A stretch of 52,748 bases of DNA from Escherichia phage LF82-19: sequence record PV660457; one strand, given 5' to 3'. Positions 1 through 9,840 of this stretch are shown piece after piece. Numbering within the stretch: position 1 is the stretch's first letter; each line of letters opens with the position of its first letter. The notes beneath the pieces were generated by a model. That model searched no databases. It worked only from the letters and a program-made list of their open reading frames with translations, and had not been told where the DNA came from. The translations under genes were made by a program, and so were the position numbers.

Positions 1-555
1 ATGTCACATGAAGAAGATAACGAATGGAAAAGCACGAGCGGCGCAGCCAATGAAGCGATCAAGAAAGGGAACTTTAAAGCACTGTATAACAAGAAGTATG
101 GCGACTTGTTTACGGTTTCAAAAAACCATGCTTTCACGCCTGAGCAGCTTTTTGATATGGCTGTTAAATACTTCACCTGGGCGGAAGAGAACGCGCTTAA
201 AGCAGCGGAAACGGCAAGCTTTCAGGGCATTGTGACTGAGAACCTCGTGCATAAGGTGCGCGTATTCACCCTTAACGGACTGTGCCTATTTTGCGGAATC
301 ACAGCCAACGCGATCCACAACTGGCGCAAGCAACCCGGATTTGGTGACGTGGTGGAGTTTATCGACAACGTGATCTATGAGCAGAAATTCCAGCTTGCGG
401 CTAACGGCATCATCAACGCCAGCTTTATTGGCAAGGAGATCGGCATTGATAAAGCGCCGGAAATTAACGTTGCAGCGACGGCGGCGGCTTCTGTTTCAGC
501 GCCAACCACTGAGGAAGTTAAAGACGCGGTGCGTGATATCCTGGGGGAATTATGA
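1..555 (+). CDS. terminase small subunit (putative)
   Basis: 184 aa ORF directly upstream of and overlapping (ATGA) the large terminase; size and position typical of TerS; no diagnostic motif. Confidence 0.5.
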   Translation: MSHEEDNEWKSTSGAANEAIKKGNFKALYNKKYGDLFTVSKNHAFTPEQLFDMAVKYFTWAEENALKAAETASFQGIVTENLVHKVRVFTLNGLCLFCGITANAIHNWRKQPGFGDVVEFIDNVIYEQKFQLAANGIINASFIGKEIGIDKAPEINVAATAAASVSAPTTEEVKDAVRDILGEL

Positions 556-2141
556 TCCAGTGGGAAGACTTGACGGCGGCGCATAAAGCCGCCATTAAAG
601 CGATGAGTGAAACATCGTTCGAGAAGATGCTGCGGATCTGGTTCCAGTTATGCCAGGCGCAGAAGTTCCAAAGCAACTGGCACTTTACCTATCTGTGCTG
701 GAAGGTTGAGCAGATCATCAAGGGTGAGGCTCAAAACGTGATATTCAACATCACGCCAGGATCGGGCAAAACTGAAATCTTCTCTATCCACATGCCTGTT
801 TACGGAATGCTGAAGAGTCCGAAGGTTAGAAACCTAAACCTTTCGTTTTCCGATAGCCTCGTGAAAGATAACGGCATTCGCACGCGTGAGATCATCGGCT
901 CTGACGAATTCCAGGAGCTATGGCCTTGCAAGATGGCGAAAGCCAGCGGTGGAGATATCACGGCGCTAAACGACAACCAGAAAGCGTGGCTTACGCTAAC
1001 CTCCCGCGCCATTGGTGGGCAGGTAACGGGTAAGCGTGGCGGTTACATGGATGATCCTAACAAGCCGTGGGAGTTTACCGGGATGTTGACGCTTGACGAC
1101 CCGGATAAGCCAAAGGATATGTTTTCCGCGATCAAGCGCAAGGCCGCGCACACCTTGCTGAAGAACACCGTGCGATCGCGGCGAATGACAGACCGCACGC
1201 CATGTGTTGTGGTTCAGCAGCGCCTACACGTCAACGATTCAACATGGTTCTTGATGAATGGCGGTATGGGCGGTATGAAGTTTGAGCAGGTTATTATTCC
1301 GGCTCTCGTAACTGAGGAATATAGAGACACGCTTCCTGACTGGTTGAAAGAAGAGTTTGACAATGACGTTTTATCGTCCGATCCGGTCTATATTGACGGC
1401 GTGGCGCATTACTCGTTTTGGCCTGCAAAGGAAAGCGCTGAAAGCCTGTTAGCTTTGCGCGAAGCTGATCTCTACACGTTTGAATCTCAGTACCAGCAGA
1501 AGCCGATCGCGCTTGGTGGTAACGCGTTTAAAGCGGAATGGTTCAAGTATTACGGAGAAAGCGAGAAAGCTGATTTTCCAGTGCCTGACCGCTTCGAATA
1601 CCTGTTTACAACGGCTGATACCGCTCAGAAGGCCGAAGAGATTCACGACTTTTCAGTTTTCGTGTTGTGGGGTAAATATCGCGATCGAATCTATTTCGTC
1701 GATGGGATTCGCGGGAAGTGGGAGGCACCTGATCTGGAAAAGGCCGCGCTGGGCTTCTACAACGAGTCATTCCTGAAGGCTAAGAAGATGAAGGTTGCGA
1801 TCAGAAAGGTTTACATCGAAGACAAGGCGAGCGGAACGGGATTGATTCAGTCGATTAACAAGAAATTGCCGATCGACATTACGCCAGTTCAGCGAAACAC
1901 GGATAAGGTAACGCGAGCTATGGATGCAGCGCCGATACTCAAGTCCGGGCGAGTTGTATTCCCTGATGATCACCCAATGCTTACAGAAATGGAGGCGGAG
2001 TTGGTGGGGTTCACCTTCGACGATAGTCACCCTCACGACGATATAGTTGATAACGTGGTTGACGCGGCAAACTTCGAAATGAACTTGCTTGATGATCCGG
2101 TAGAGCGCATGAAACGCTTAGCAGGAATGAAGAAACAGTGA
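552..2141 (+). CDS. terL: terminase large subunit
   Basis: 529 aa; ATPase N-terminal half and C-terminal RNaseH-like nuclease region with acidic residues; followed by portal. Confidence 0.85.
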   Translation: MIQWEDLTAAHKAAIKAMSETSFEKMLRIWFQLCQAQKFQSNWHFTYLCWKVEQIIKGEAQNVIFNITPGSGKTEIFSIHMPVYGMLKSPKVRNLNLSFSDSLVKDNGIRTREIIGSDEFQELWPCKMAKASGGDITALNDNQKAWLTLTSRAIGGQVTGKRGGYMDDPNKPWEFTGMLTLDDPDKPKDMFSAIKRKAAHTLLKNTVRSRRMTDRTPCVVVQQRLHVNDSTWFLMNGGMGGMKFEQVIIPALVTEEYRDTLPDWLKEEFDNDVLSSDPVYIDGVAHYSFWPAKESAESLLALREADLYTFESQYQQKPIALGGNAFKAEWFKYYGESEKADFPVPDRFEYLFTTADTAQKAEEIHDFSVFVLWGKYRDRIYFVDGIRGKWEAPDLEKAALGFYNESFLKAKKMKVAIRKVYIEDKASGTGLIQSINKKLPIDITPVQRNTDKVTRAMDAAPILKSGRVVFPDDHPMLTEMEAELVGFTFDDSHPHDDIVDNVVDAANFEMNLLDDPVERMKRLAGMKKQ

Positions 2142-2148
2142 TATAATC

Positions 2149-2177
2149 AGCCGGGCTAATAACCCGGCTTTTTTATT
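2149..2177 (+). terminator. hairpin plus T-run between terL and portal
   Basis: AGCCGGG-ctaataa-CCCGGCT followed by TTTTTTATT. Confidence 0.45.
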
Positions 2178-2189
2178 GAGGAAATCGCT

Positions 2190-3506
2190 ATGACTAAGCA
2201 GAAAAAGCCCGTCAAAATGGACTCGTACAACGAGACATTCAAGGGCGCAGGTACAGACCGCGCGCACAGCGGCCTAAACTATTATTACAACGTCACGCAG
2301 TTCTACATTGACAACCCGCTAGCCCGTAAGATTATCGACGTTATACCGGAGGAAATGGTTTTTCCTGGGTTCGGTATCGACGGCGAAACGGATGAGAAGG
2401 AATTTAAATCCCGATGGGATGCGCTGAAGATGAACGAGCAGATTGTTGAAGCGTTTGCGTGGGAACGCCTTTACGGTGGCTCAGCAATCGTGGCTGTGAT
2501 CAATGACCGCCGCGCGCTCACTTCGCCAGCCAAAGAGGGTGCCCCGCTTGAGTCTATCCGAGTGTACGAAAAGGAGCAGGTCAAGATCCAGACGCGAGAA
2601 ACCAACCCGCGTAATGTTCGCTACGGTATGCCGAAGACGTACACCATCAACCCTGGTGGCTCTATGCCTGAGTACGAGATCCACTATTCGCGAATCTACA
2701 TCAACGATGGTGATCGCGTGCCCGGTTCGGTTCGCCGTCAAAATGAGGGGTGGGGTGCTTCCGTTCTTTCTCGCGGAATGATTGATGCCATCACGGACTA
2801 TGACTACTGCGAAGAGCTTGCAACTCAGCTTTTACGCCGTAAGCAGCAAGCGGTGTGGAAGGCTCGCGGCCTGGCTGATTTATGCGATGATGATGAAGGG
2901 CGCTACGCGGCACGAATCAGGCTTGCTCAGGTTGACGATAACAGCGGCGTTGGGCGTGCGGTTGGTATTGATGCCACGGATGAAGAGTACGAAATCTTGA
3001 ACTCCGATATCAACGGCGTTGACGCTTTTCTTGATAAGAAAATGGATCGCATCGTGAACTATTCCGGCATCCATGAAATCATCCTGAAGAATAAGAACGT
3101 GGGCGGCGTTTCAGCGAGCCAAAACACGGCGCTTGAGACATTCTACAAGATGATTGACCGCCGCCGTAACGAGCGATACAGGCCGCTTCTGGAGTGGTTG
3201 TTGCCGTTCATGATTCAAGAGCAAGAATGGTCTATCCGGTTCGACCCTCTCTCTATGCCGTCAGAGAAAGAACAGGCTGAGACATTCGAGCGTTACACCA
3301 ATGCGGTTGACAAGCTGATCACGAATCAGGCTATTGACACCGAAGAGGCGCGCGATACACTTGAATCTGTTTCTGATGTGCTCAAGCTGAAATCCGGCTT
3401 GCCGAAGTTGCCGCCGCGCGATAAGACTGGCAAAGATCAGCAGGGTAAAGAGAAAGTAACCACACTGCCAAAAGGGGCTACAGATGAAGGTTCAGGGGAT
3501 AGCTAA
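2190..3506 (+). CDS. portal protein
   Basis: 438 aa immediately after terL, RBS GAGGAA; size and position. Confidence 0.8.
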   Translation: MTKQKKPVKMDSYNETFKGAGTDRAHSGLNYYYNVTQFYIDNPLARKIIDVIPEEMVFPGFGIDGETDEKEFKSRWDALKMNEQIVEAFAWERLYGGSAIVAVINDRRALTSPAKEGAPLESIRVYEKEQVKIQTRETNPRNVRYGMPKTYTINPGGSMPEYEIHYSRIYINDGDRVPGSVRRQNEGWGASVLSRGMIDAITDYDYCEELATQLLRRKQQAVWKARGLADLCDDDEGRYAARIRLAQVDDNSGVGRAVGIDATDEEYEILNSDINGVDAFLDKKMDRIVNYSGIHEIILKNKNVGGVSASQNTALETFYKMIDRRRNERYRPLLEWLLPFMIQEQEWSIRFDPLSMPSEKEQAETFERYTNAVDKLITNQAIDTEEARDTLESVSDVLKLKSGLPKLPPRDKTGKDQQGKEKVTTLPKGATDEGSGDS

Positions 3507-4248
3507 ACAGTGGCGCTATCCAGAAGCAAGCGAGCGGGAATTATCCCGCTCTCTGGCAACGTTCGCGGGTGAGCTTATCGTGTTTGCTCGCGATCAACTG
3601 GATAAGATGAAGTTTGACGCTAGCGCCGATGAGATAGATCAGGCAGAAAGCGAGCTTGAAGATTACGCCGCGTATCTGATCGCAGGTCTGATGGCCTTGC
3701 TTCCATCGCTGGCGCTGAAGATTTACCGCTTCAACTCGCAGCAGTTTATTGATGTTGCCAAATCTGCTGGCGGGAAAAAGAATCCGGTTGTGGTTCTGCT
3801 TATCGCTCTGGGATATAACGCTAACGAGCCGTGGTATCGTGAGAAAGAAGATAACTGGCTATCTCTCACAGAGGCAAGTTATCGTAAGCTGGCGAATGAT
3901 ATCATTGCTGACTGGTCTAACACCGTAAGGATGGAAAACGCCAAAGGCAAGAGCCGTGAGTATATCGACGATGTGATTGAGCAGCGTTACAAGGTGTATA
4001 CTGGCTGGACGGTAAACAGATCTCGTGGAATCGTTGCGACTTGGAATAGTTTACTGATGCGCGCGCGCCTGGAAGATTCAGGAGTGACGCATTATTTTTG
4101 GCATGGTAAACTTGACGAACGCGAGCGCCTTAAGCACTTGTTATGGGAGAACAAACGAATCGCCATAAACAGCGATCACGTATTCCCAGGTGAAGAATAC
4201 GGTTGCCGATGCTGGGCAACTCCTGACTTTTACAATATCGAGGAATGA
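3484..4248 (+). CDS. minor head / head morphogenesis protein
   Basis: 254 aa overlapping portal stop; position between portal and scaffold. Confidence 0.5.
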   Translation: MKVQGIAKQWRYPEASERELSRSLATFAGELIVFARDQLDKMKFDASADEIDQAESELEDYAAYLIAGLMALLPSLALKIYRFNSQQFIDVAKSAGGKKNPVVVLLIALGYNANEPWYREKEDNWLSLTEASYRKLANDIIADWSNTVRMENAKGKSREYIDDVIEQRYKVYTGWTVNRSRGIVATWNSLLMRARLEDSGVTHYFWHGKLDERERLKHLLWENKRIAINSDHVFPGEEYGCRCWATPDFYNIEE

Positions 4249-5375
4249 AAATGACCACTAAACAACGCTATGATAGCGCACCAATCAAGGCACGATTCGA
4301 TTCAAACGGATATCTTCATGATGAGCCAATCATCGCGCGAATCGGCATTCAATCGTACATGAAACCAGATGGAACCATGCAGCGTGAATTTCGCCCGGCT
4401 AGCGAGGTATTCAGCGAGAAGTCAATGAAGTCTTTTCAAGGGATGCCGATTGTTGAAGGTCACAAGGAGATCACCGTTAAGAACGCGCGAGGTGAGGTTG
4501 TTGGCGCGGTGAGCGGAGCGGCGCGCCGTGACGGAATCGGCTTGCTGTGCCCGATCGTAATTCACGATGGTGAATCAATCGAAAGCGCCAAACGAGGCGA
4601 TGCTGCTGAATTATCCGTAGGCTACAAAACAAACGATATTCATCGCGCCGGGTGGGGCAACGTGGTTACTGGTGAGTACGTATTCAAAGACGATGCGGAA
4701 ATGATGGAGAAGATTTTCCCCAGCGGAACCACGATGAGTGACGAATGGGAAGAGTTCGACGTGCTTCAAACAAACATCGTGCCCAACCACATCGCGAAGG
4801 TTCACAAAGGCCGCGCCGGAATCGCTCGTTTAAACCTTGACGGCTCCGAGGAAATCAAGTACGATTCAAGCGTTGACAATCAACCATCAAAGGAAAATGT
4901 TATGACCGTTAAAATTAAGATCGACTCCGCAGAAGTGGAAGTAACACAGGATGTGGCAAACCACATCGAAGCGCTGAAGGCAACCGCAACGGCAGCCAAA
5001 ACAAAGGCTGATACTCTGGAAGCAGAGCGCGACTCACTGAAAGTTAAGGTTGACGGCCTCCCGGCACTGATTGAAGCCGCGATCGCCGAAGCGAAAACAA
5101 AAGCCGATGCAGAAAACGAAATCAAAACTTTCGCCACTGAAATTGGCGTTAAGTGTGACGGCCTGGATAACAAAGCGATTAAAGTTGCAGTTATCAAAGA
5201 GGTGTTAGGTATCGACGCAGCAGAGAAAAGCGATGCTTATATTGATCAGTCATTTGAAATCGCGCGCGATTCTGATAAGATGGCGGCTAATCGCGTTAAA
5301 ATCTCCGGCTCTAACGGCAAGGAAGACGGCGCTGATACTGGCATCCCTGATGCTCAGGCTCGTTTCCGCAAGTAA
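4245..5375 (+). CDS. prohead protease / scaffold-like protein
   Basis: 376 aa; globular N-terminal half, C-terminal Ala/Lys/Glu-rich coiled-coil-like region typical of scaffolds; upstream of capsid genes. Confidence 0.45.
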   Translation: MKMTTKQRYDSAPIKARFDSNGYLHDEPIIARIGIQSYMKPDGTMQREFRPASEVFSEKSMKSFQGMPIVEGHKEITVKNARGEVVGAVSGAARRDGIGLLCPIVIHDGESIESAKRGDAAELSVGYKTNDIHRAGWGNVVTGEYVFKDDAEMMEKIFPSGTTMSDEWEEFDVLQTNIVPNHIAKVHKGRAGIARLNLDGSEEIKYDSSVDNQPSKENVMTVKIKIDSAEVEVTQDVANHIEALKATATAAKTKADTLEAERDSLKVKVDGLPALIEAAIAEAKTKADAENEIKTFATEIGVKCDGLDNKAIKVAVIKEVLGIDAAEKSDAYIDQSFEIARDSDKMAANRVKISGSNGKEDGADTGIPDAQARFRK

Positions 5376-5433
5376 TAAAACAAGCGGCTGAAATATGCCG
5401 CTTCACTCTCTCTGAAGAAAAGGAAAAATAATC

Positions 5434-5967
5434 ATGGCACTTATTCAAGCAAGCTACACCGTTCACCGTTCAAAGGCATACGCTGGTATGCACGCCGACA
5501 CCTCAGCTTACAACATCGACGGCACTTGCTGCGCTGGTGTTGACAAACTCCCGGTTGGCGTATTCGTCGCACTCGATCCGGCTGGCGGCGTTGTTGACGG
5601 TCACAAGGTAGTAACCAACGTTATCGACACTGCGGCAAGCAACCCTAATCTGGTTGGCGCAACTCTGATGAGCCACGCTTATTCACCTGAAGGTGTTTAC
5701 GATGAAGGTTCAGCAGTGAACGTAATGACCGCCGGGCGCATTTGGGTGCTGTGTGCTAAGTCTTTGGCTGATGCAAACAAGGCATTCAACGTTCAGGTTA
5801 ACATTAACGCAAAAGGTGAAGTTGTTAACCCTGGCTCCGGCGCAATCGGCACTGTTTACACCACCACTGGCGAATGGCTGAAGACTGACGATCCGAATTA
5901 CGACCTGATCAAGGTTCAGCTTACACAGGCTCAGTTCCAGCTTCCGGCATCCGGTGGCGGCGCGTAA
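5434..5967 (+). CDS. capsid-associated protein (decoration-like)
   Basis: 177 aa Gly/Ala/Val-rich protein immediately before the major capsid gene. Confidence 0.4.
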   Translation: MALIQASYTVHRSKAYAGMHADTSAYNIDGTCCAGVDKLPVGVFVALDPAGGVVDGHKVVTNVIDTAASNPNLVGATLMSHAYSPEGVYDEGSAVNVMTAGRIWVLCAKSLADANKAFNVQVNINAKGEVVNPGSGAIGTVYTTTGEWLKTDDPNYDLIKVQLTQAQFQLPASGGGA

Positions 5968-5974
5968 TTAAACA

Positions 5975-5997
5975 GGGAGCTTCGGCTCCCTTTTTAT
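5975..5997 (+). terminator. rho-independent terminator
   Basis: GGGAGC-ttcg-GCTCCC then TTTTTATTT. Confidence 0.55.
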
Positions 5998-6028
5998 TTA
6001 TGTCTACCACAAAAAGATATTGACCGTT

Positions 6029-6043
6029 TAGCAAAAAGTGCTA
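6029..6043. promoter_or_regulatory. palindrome TAGCAAAAAGTGCTA within major-capsid promoter region
   Basis: lies in the spacer between TTGACC (6020-6025) and TATTAT (6042-6047); followed by hairpin GCGTGA ... TCACGC. Confidence 0.45.
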
Positions 6044-6090
6044 TTATTGACGCGTGACCTAATCACGCATTCAATCAAAAGGAAAATGTT

Positions 6091-7044
6091 ATGACCATGA
6101 AACTTGATTCATTCGAGCAGAACGAAATTACGGTAGGCCTTCGCAAGATGGGTGTTGCGGCAAGCAAAGCGGATCGCCTGGGTATCTGGACTGTAGAGCA
6201 GATGAAGCAGACGCTTAAGCGTCAGTATGAAGCGGCTTATCCCGAAACATCAGCGCTGGCGCTCTTCCCGGTTACAACCGAAATTGCACCAACAACCCGC
6301 ATCTTCGAATACATGAAGATTGACGGCGTGACCATGGCGAAAATCATCGCGGATTATACTGACGATCTGCCTCTGGTTGATGCGACCCATAGCCTGGAAA
6401 CAGGCCGCGTACACCGCCTGGGTAACGCGTGGATGATTTCCATTGACGAAATCAAAACTGGTGCGGCGCTGGGTTCTTCCCTGTCTGACCGCAAGGCAAC
6501 ACTGGCGCGCGAAGCGCACGAAACGCTGGTGAATACTCTGGTGTTCCAGGGTTCCAAGCCTCACAAAATTCTGTCTGTGTTCGACAACCCGAACATCACC
6601 CGCGTAACTTCAGCGGCTGGCGCGTGGGCTGACCCTGAAAAGGCAAGCGACGAACTGACGGATCTGATTGAGAAAATGGAAACCCTGACCAAAGGCAAGC
6701 ACAAGATCACCGATATTGTGATCCCGCCTTCTCAGCGTAAGATCCTGGCTAAGCGCATGCCGGAAACCACGATGAGTTACTTGCAGTGGTTTGAGTCTCA
6801 GAACGGCGGTATCACAATTAGCTCAATCTCTGAGCTTGAAGATATCGACGGCATCGGTACCAAAGGCATTCTTGCCTACGAGAAAGACCCGATGAACATG
6901 AGCATCGAGATCCCGGAAGCATTCAACATGCTCCCAATGCAGCCTAAAGACCTGCATTTCAAAGTGCCTTGTACGTCCAAGACTACTGGCCTGATCGTTT
7001 ATCGTCCTCTGACGATTATCTTGCTGGTTGGCGTAGGTAAGTAA
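6091..7044 (+). CDS. major capsid protein
   Basis: 317 aa, strong RBS, flanked by terminators, position in head module. Confidence 0.6.
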   Translation: MTMKLDSFEQNEITVGLRKMGVAASKADRLGIWTVEQMKQTLKRQYEAAYPETSALALFPVTTEIAPTTRIFEYMKIDGVTMAKIIADYTDDLPLVDATHSLETGRVHRLGNAWMISIDEIKTGAALGSSLSDRKATLAREAHETLVNTLVFQGSKPHKILSVFDNPNITRVTSAAGAWADPEKASDELTDLIEKMETLTKGKHKITDIVIPPSQRKILAKRMPETTMSYLQWFESQNGGITISSISELEDIDGIGTKGILAYEKDPMNMSIEIPEAFNMLPMQPKDLHFKVPCTSKTTGLIVYRPLTIILLVGVGK

Positions 7045-7050
7045 GACGAA

Positions 7051-7079
7051 GCCCCTGATTAATTTCAGGGGCTTTTTTG
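7051..7079 (+). terminator. rho-independent terminator
   Basis: GCCCCTGA-ttaatt-TCAGGGGC then TTTTTTG. Confidence 0.6.
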
Positions 7080-7147
7080 TTGACACGCTGCCGGAAAGTT
7101 TTGTATATTGACGGCTCACAAACAAGTAAACCAAAAGGTGAATTATC

Positions 7148-7414
7148 ATGGCTGCAAAGAAAAACGTAATGAAGAACATTGGCGCTTGCCTGGTGCGTAT
7201 CGGCATGGTGGATGTTAAGCCGAACGAAACGATTGAGCTGACAGACGAACAGCTAAATTCACAGGGTGTTAAATCCCTGCTACACCGTGAGGTTTTGGAG
7301 TTCGAAGATGATCCGAAGCGCACGCGTGAACTTCTCGAAGTGATTCGCAAGAAGGCGAAACCAAAAGAAGAGAAGACCATTGAACAGCGTGAGAAAGCGC
7401 CGGATATCGAATAA
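7148..7414 (+). CDS. hypothetical head-region protein
   Basis: 88 aa, charged C-terminus, between two terminators. Confidence 0.45.
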   Translation: MAAKKNVMKNIGACLVRIGMVDVKPNETIELTDEQLNSQGVKSLLHREVLEFEDDPKRTRELLEVIRKKAKPKEEKTIEQREKAPDIE

Positions 7415-7419
7415 CCGAA

Positions 7420-7446
7420 AGGGGGCGTAATGCTCCCTTTTTTTAT
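7420..7446 (+). terminator. rho-independent terminator
   Basis: GGGGGCG-taat-GCTCCC then TTTTTTTAT. Confidence 0.5.
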
Positions 7447-7460
7447 ACCTGGAGGAAACC

Positions 7461-7868
7461 ATGAACGAAGATGAAATGAAGATCGCAGAGATTATGCGAA
7501 AGCTTGCGCCAGCGCTAAAGAACGTGCCAGATCAGACGATTGTTGTTTGGATTAACCTTGCGGAAATGTTCGTGTGTGCCAATAAGTTTGGCGACAAGTA
7601 TCACCAGGCCGTCGCACTCTATACGATGCACCTGATGTTCCTTGATGGCGCGATGAAGGGCGAGAAAGAAACTCTTGAGAGTTATTCACGTCGTGTAACG
7701 TCATTCACTCTGAGCGGTGAATTTTCCACGAGCTACGGGGCAGTGACCGCCAATAATACCGGGCGATCAATCCATGATACGCCATGGGGCAAAATGTACG
7801 ATATTCTCAACAAGAAAAAAGGCGGCGGGTTCGGCCTGATTTCAGGAATCAGAGGTTGTGGGCGATGA
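7461..7868 (+). CDS. head-tail connector / adaptor (putative)
   Basis: 135 aa, position between capsid and tail genes. Confidence 0.4.
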   Translation: MNEDEMKIAEIMRKLAPALKNVPDQTIVVWINLAEMFVCANKFGDKYHQAVALYTMHLMFLDGAMKGEKETLESYSRRVTSFTLSGEFSTSYGAVTANNTGRSIHDTPWGKMYDILNKKKGGGFGLISGIRGCGR

Positions 7869-8245
7869 TAAATTATGCAGAGATTCAGAATCTGACCGAT
7901 CAGGGGATCAACGCTTTTGCTGGTGATGGCGGAGAGTTCGACGTGATCTTAACTGGTGGCGGCGTGCGGGTTGGCGACGATGGAAAGGAAATTGTCGTGC
8001 CGCCTCGGATGGGCAAAGTGCATGGCGCGGTTCGTGCGATCTCCTATCGCTACATCGACGGCGAAAACATACGGTTCGGTGACAAGCGCGCATTCTTCTC
8101 GAACGTCACGCCGCTTGAGAATGGAATGATCGTAATCATCGACGGCGAGCACTGGCGCATAGTTGACACGCGCCCGGTTAACCCTACACAAACGCACGTT
8201 ATCGCATATCGTCCTATACTGCGAAAGGTTGCGGCTCATGTCTAA
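7865..8245 (+). CDS. head-tail joining protein (putative)
   Basis: ATG at 7865 overlaps previous stop (ATGA); track ORF 7784 is an upstream extension. Confidence 0.4.
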   Translation: MINYAEIQNLTDQGINAFAGDGGEFDVILTGGGVRVGDDGKEIVVPPRMGKVHGAVRAISYRYIDGENIRFGDKRAFFSNVTPLENGMIVIIDGEHWRIVDTRPVNPTQTHVIAYRPILRKVAAHV

Positions 8246-8681
8246 TTACCAGGTGCGCAAGTTTCACGGTGATATTTCTCGTTGGATTCTGCGCACTCAG
8301 AAGGGGCTAGAGGACGTGGTTAGAGAGTTCGTTAAATCGGTTCACGCGGAGCTTGTAAAGACCTCACCAGTAGATACAGGGCGATTCCGAGCTAACTGGC
8401 AGATAACCTATAACCACGTACCGCTATACGCTCTCAATGAGTACGACAAAACCGGAGAGAAAACGATCGCGTCAGGGGTTCGAATTGCAAACGCGTTGCC
8501 GTTGGGCAGAGGTGGCGCGGTTACTTCAATCTACTTTTCGAACATGTTAATCTATGCCAACGCGCTCGAATACGGGCATTCACGGCAAGCGCCAGCGGGT
8601 GTGCTGGGGTTGGTGGCGATACGCTTACGATCTCACATGGCGGCGGCGATTAAACAATCAAGGATTAAAAATGGTTTATGA
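8238..8681 (+). CDS. neck / tail component (putative)
   Basis: internal ATG at 8238 overlapping previous stop; track ORF 8163 extension rejected. Confidence 0.4.
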   Translation: MSNYQVRKFHGDISRWILRTQKGLEDVVREFVKSVHAELVKTSPVDTGRFRANWQITYNHVPLYALNEYDKTGEKTIASGVRIANALPLGRGGAVTSIYFSNMLIYANALEYGHSRQAPAGVLGLVAIRLRSHMAAAIKQSRIKNGL

Positions 8682-9081
8682 TGATCTGGATATGTCAGAG
8701 GCGGCGCGCTCCGCTCTCTTCGCTGAGTTCAGGCCGCGATTCGCCATCATGGCTGAAAACGTGGATTTCACAGAGCCTAGCCAGGGTCAGACCTGGCTAA
8801 AGTTCGACTACATCCCGGCTGATAAGATCTACCGCACTATTGACCGCAAGTGCATTTCTTTGCTTGCCATGGTTCAGATCGGCATAGTGTTTGCGCCGGG
8901 CAAGGGCATGACTGAGGCGCGCACCATTGCGAAAGAGATTGCAAACTTTTTCAGTGATGGTAAAATTCTCAACGTGGGTTATGTTTATGAGGGCGCAAGT
9001 TCTAAACCCGTACAGAAATCAGAGCGCGGCTGGATGTTACCAGTACGCTTCACAATGCGATACGATGAAAAGGAGCAGTAA
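8671..9081 (+). CDS. tail completion / terminator protein (putative)
   Basis: ATG 8671 overlapping previous gene end; immediately precedes major tail protein. Confidence 0.4.
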   Translation: MVYDDLDMSEAARSALFAEFRPRFAIMAENVDFTEPSQGQTWLKFDYIPADKIYRTIDRKCISLLAMVQIGIVFAPGKGMTEARTIAKEIANFFSDGKILNVGYVYEGASSKPVQKSERGWMLPVRFTMRYDEKEQ

Positions 9082-9083
9082 TT

Positions 9084-9764
9084 ATGGCACTTCCTAACGG
9101 TTCACAGGTCTTCATTGAGCAGACACGATCCATAACCGAAGTTGAAGCAACGAGCATCACCAACTCGAAAGAGCCAGTTGCGACGGTTGCCGATATTGGC
9201 GATCTGGTAAATGGTGATTACGTGCTGGTTCTCGAATCAGTATGGGCAGGTCTGAAAAACCGCGTCCTTCGCGTCAAGTCTATTGATGCGCTGAAGGTAA
9301 CTCTTGAGGGTGACGGCAGCACGGACACGAGCAACATCAACAAGTTCCCGGCTGGCGGCGCATCAACGCTGGTGAAGATCACAAGCTGGATTGAAATCCC
9401 ATGTATCAGCGACATCGCCAAAACTGGTGGCGAACAGCAGTTTTACACCAAGCAGTGTTTAGCTGATGAGCGAGAGAAGCAAACGCCAACCTTCAAGTCT
9501 GCAACGTCGATCGGCTACACGTTCGATTTCGACTACGCAAACCCGATTACTCAACTCCTGATCGGTTACGACGAAGACGGCAAAACCCGCGCGATGCGTA
9601 TGTTCGTTCCAAAGGCGAGCTACCCGATCCGCACCTTCTCTGGCGTGCCATCGTTCGACGATGTGCCAAACACGGTGATGAACGAAGACGAAACAACCGT
9701 CCTCAACATTTCCCTTGATGGCAAGTATACGCACATGAAGGAATATGTTGCACCGACACCATAA
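9084..9764 (+). CDS. major tail protein
   Basis: 226 aa, followed by terminator then chaperone pair and tape measure (lambda V-G-T-H order). Confidence 0.6.
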   Translation: MALPNGSQVFIEQTRSITEVEATSITNSKEPVATVADIGDLVNGDYVLVLESVWAGLKNRVLRVKSIDALKVTLEGDGSTDTSNINKFPAGGASTLVKITSWIEIPCISDIAKTGGEQQFYTKQCLADEREKQTPTFKSATSIGYTFDFDYANPITQLLIGYDEDGKTRAMRMFVPKASYPIRTFSGVPSFDDVPNTVMNEDETTVLNISLDGKYTHMKEYVAPTP

Positions 9765-9768
9765 TCCG

Positions 9769-9798
9769 AAGGGGGGCTATTGCTCCCCTTTTTCTTTT
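9769..9798 (+). terminator. rho-independent terminator
   Basis: GGGGGGC-tatt-GCTCCCC then TTTTTCTTTT. Confidence 0.5.
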
Positions 9799-9840
9799 GT
9801 GATTTAATACGCGAAACACAACCAATCAGAGGATTTAATT

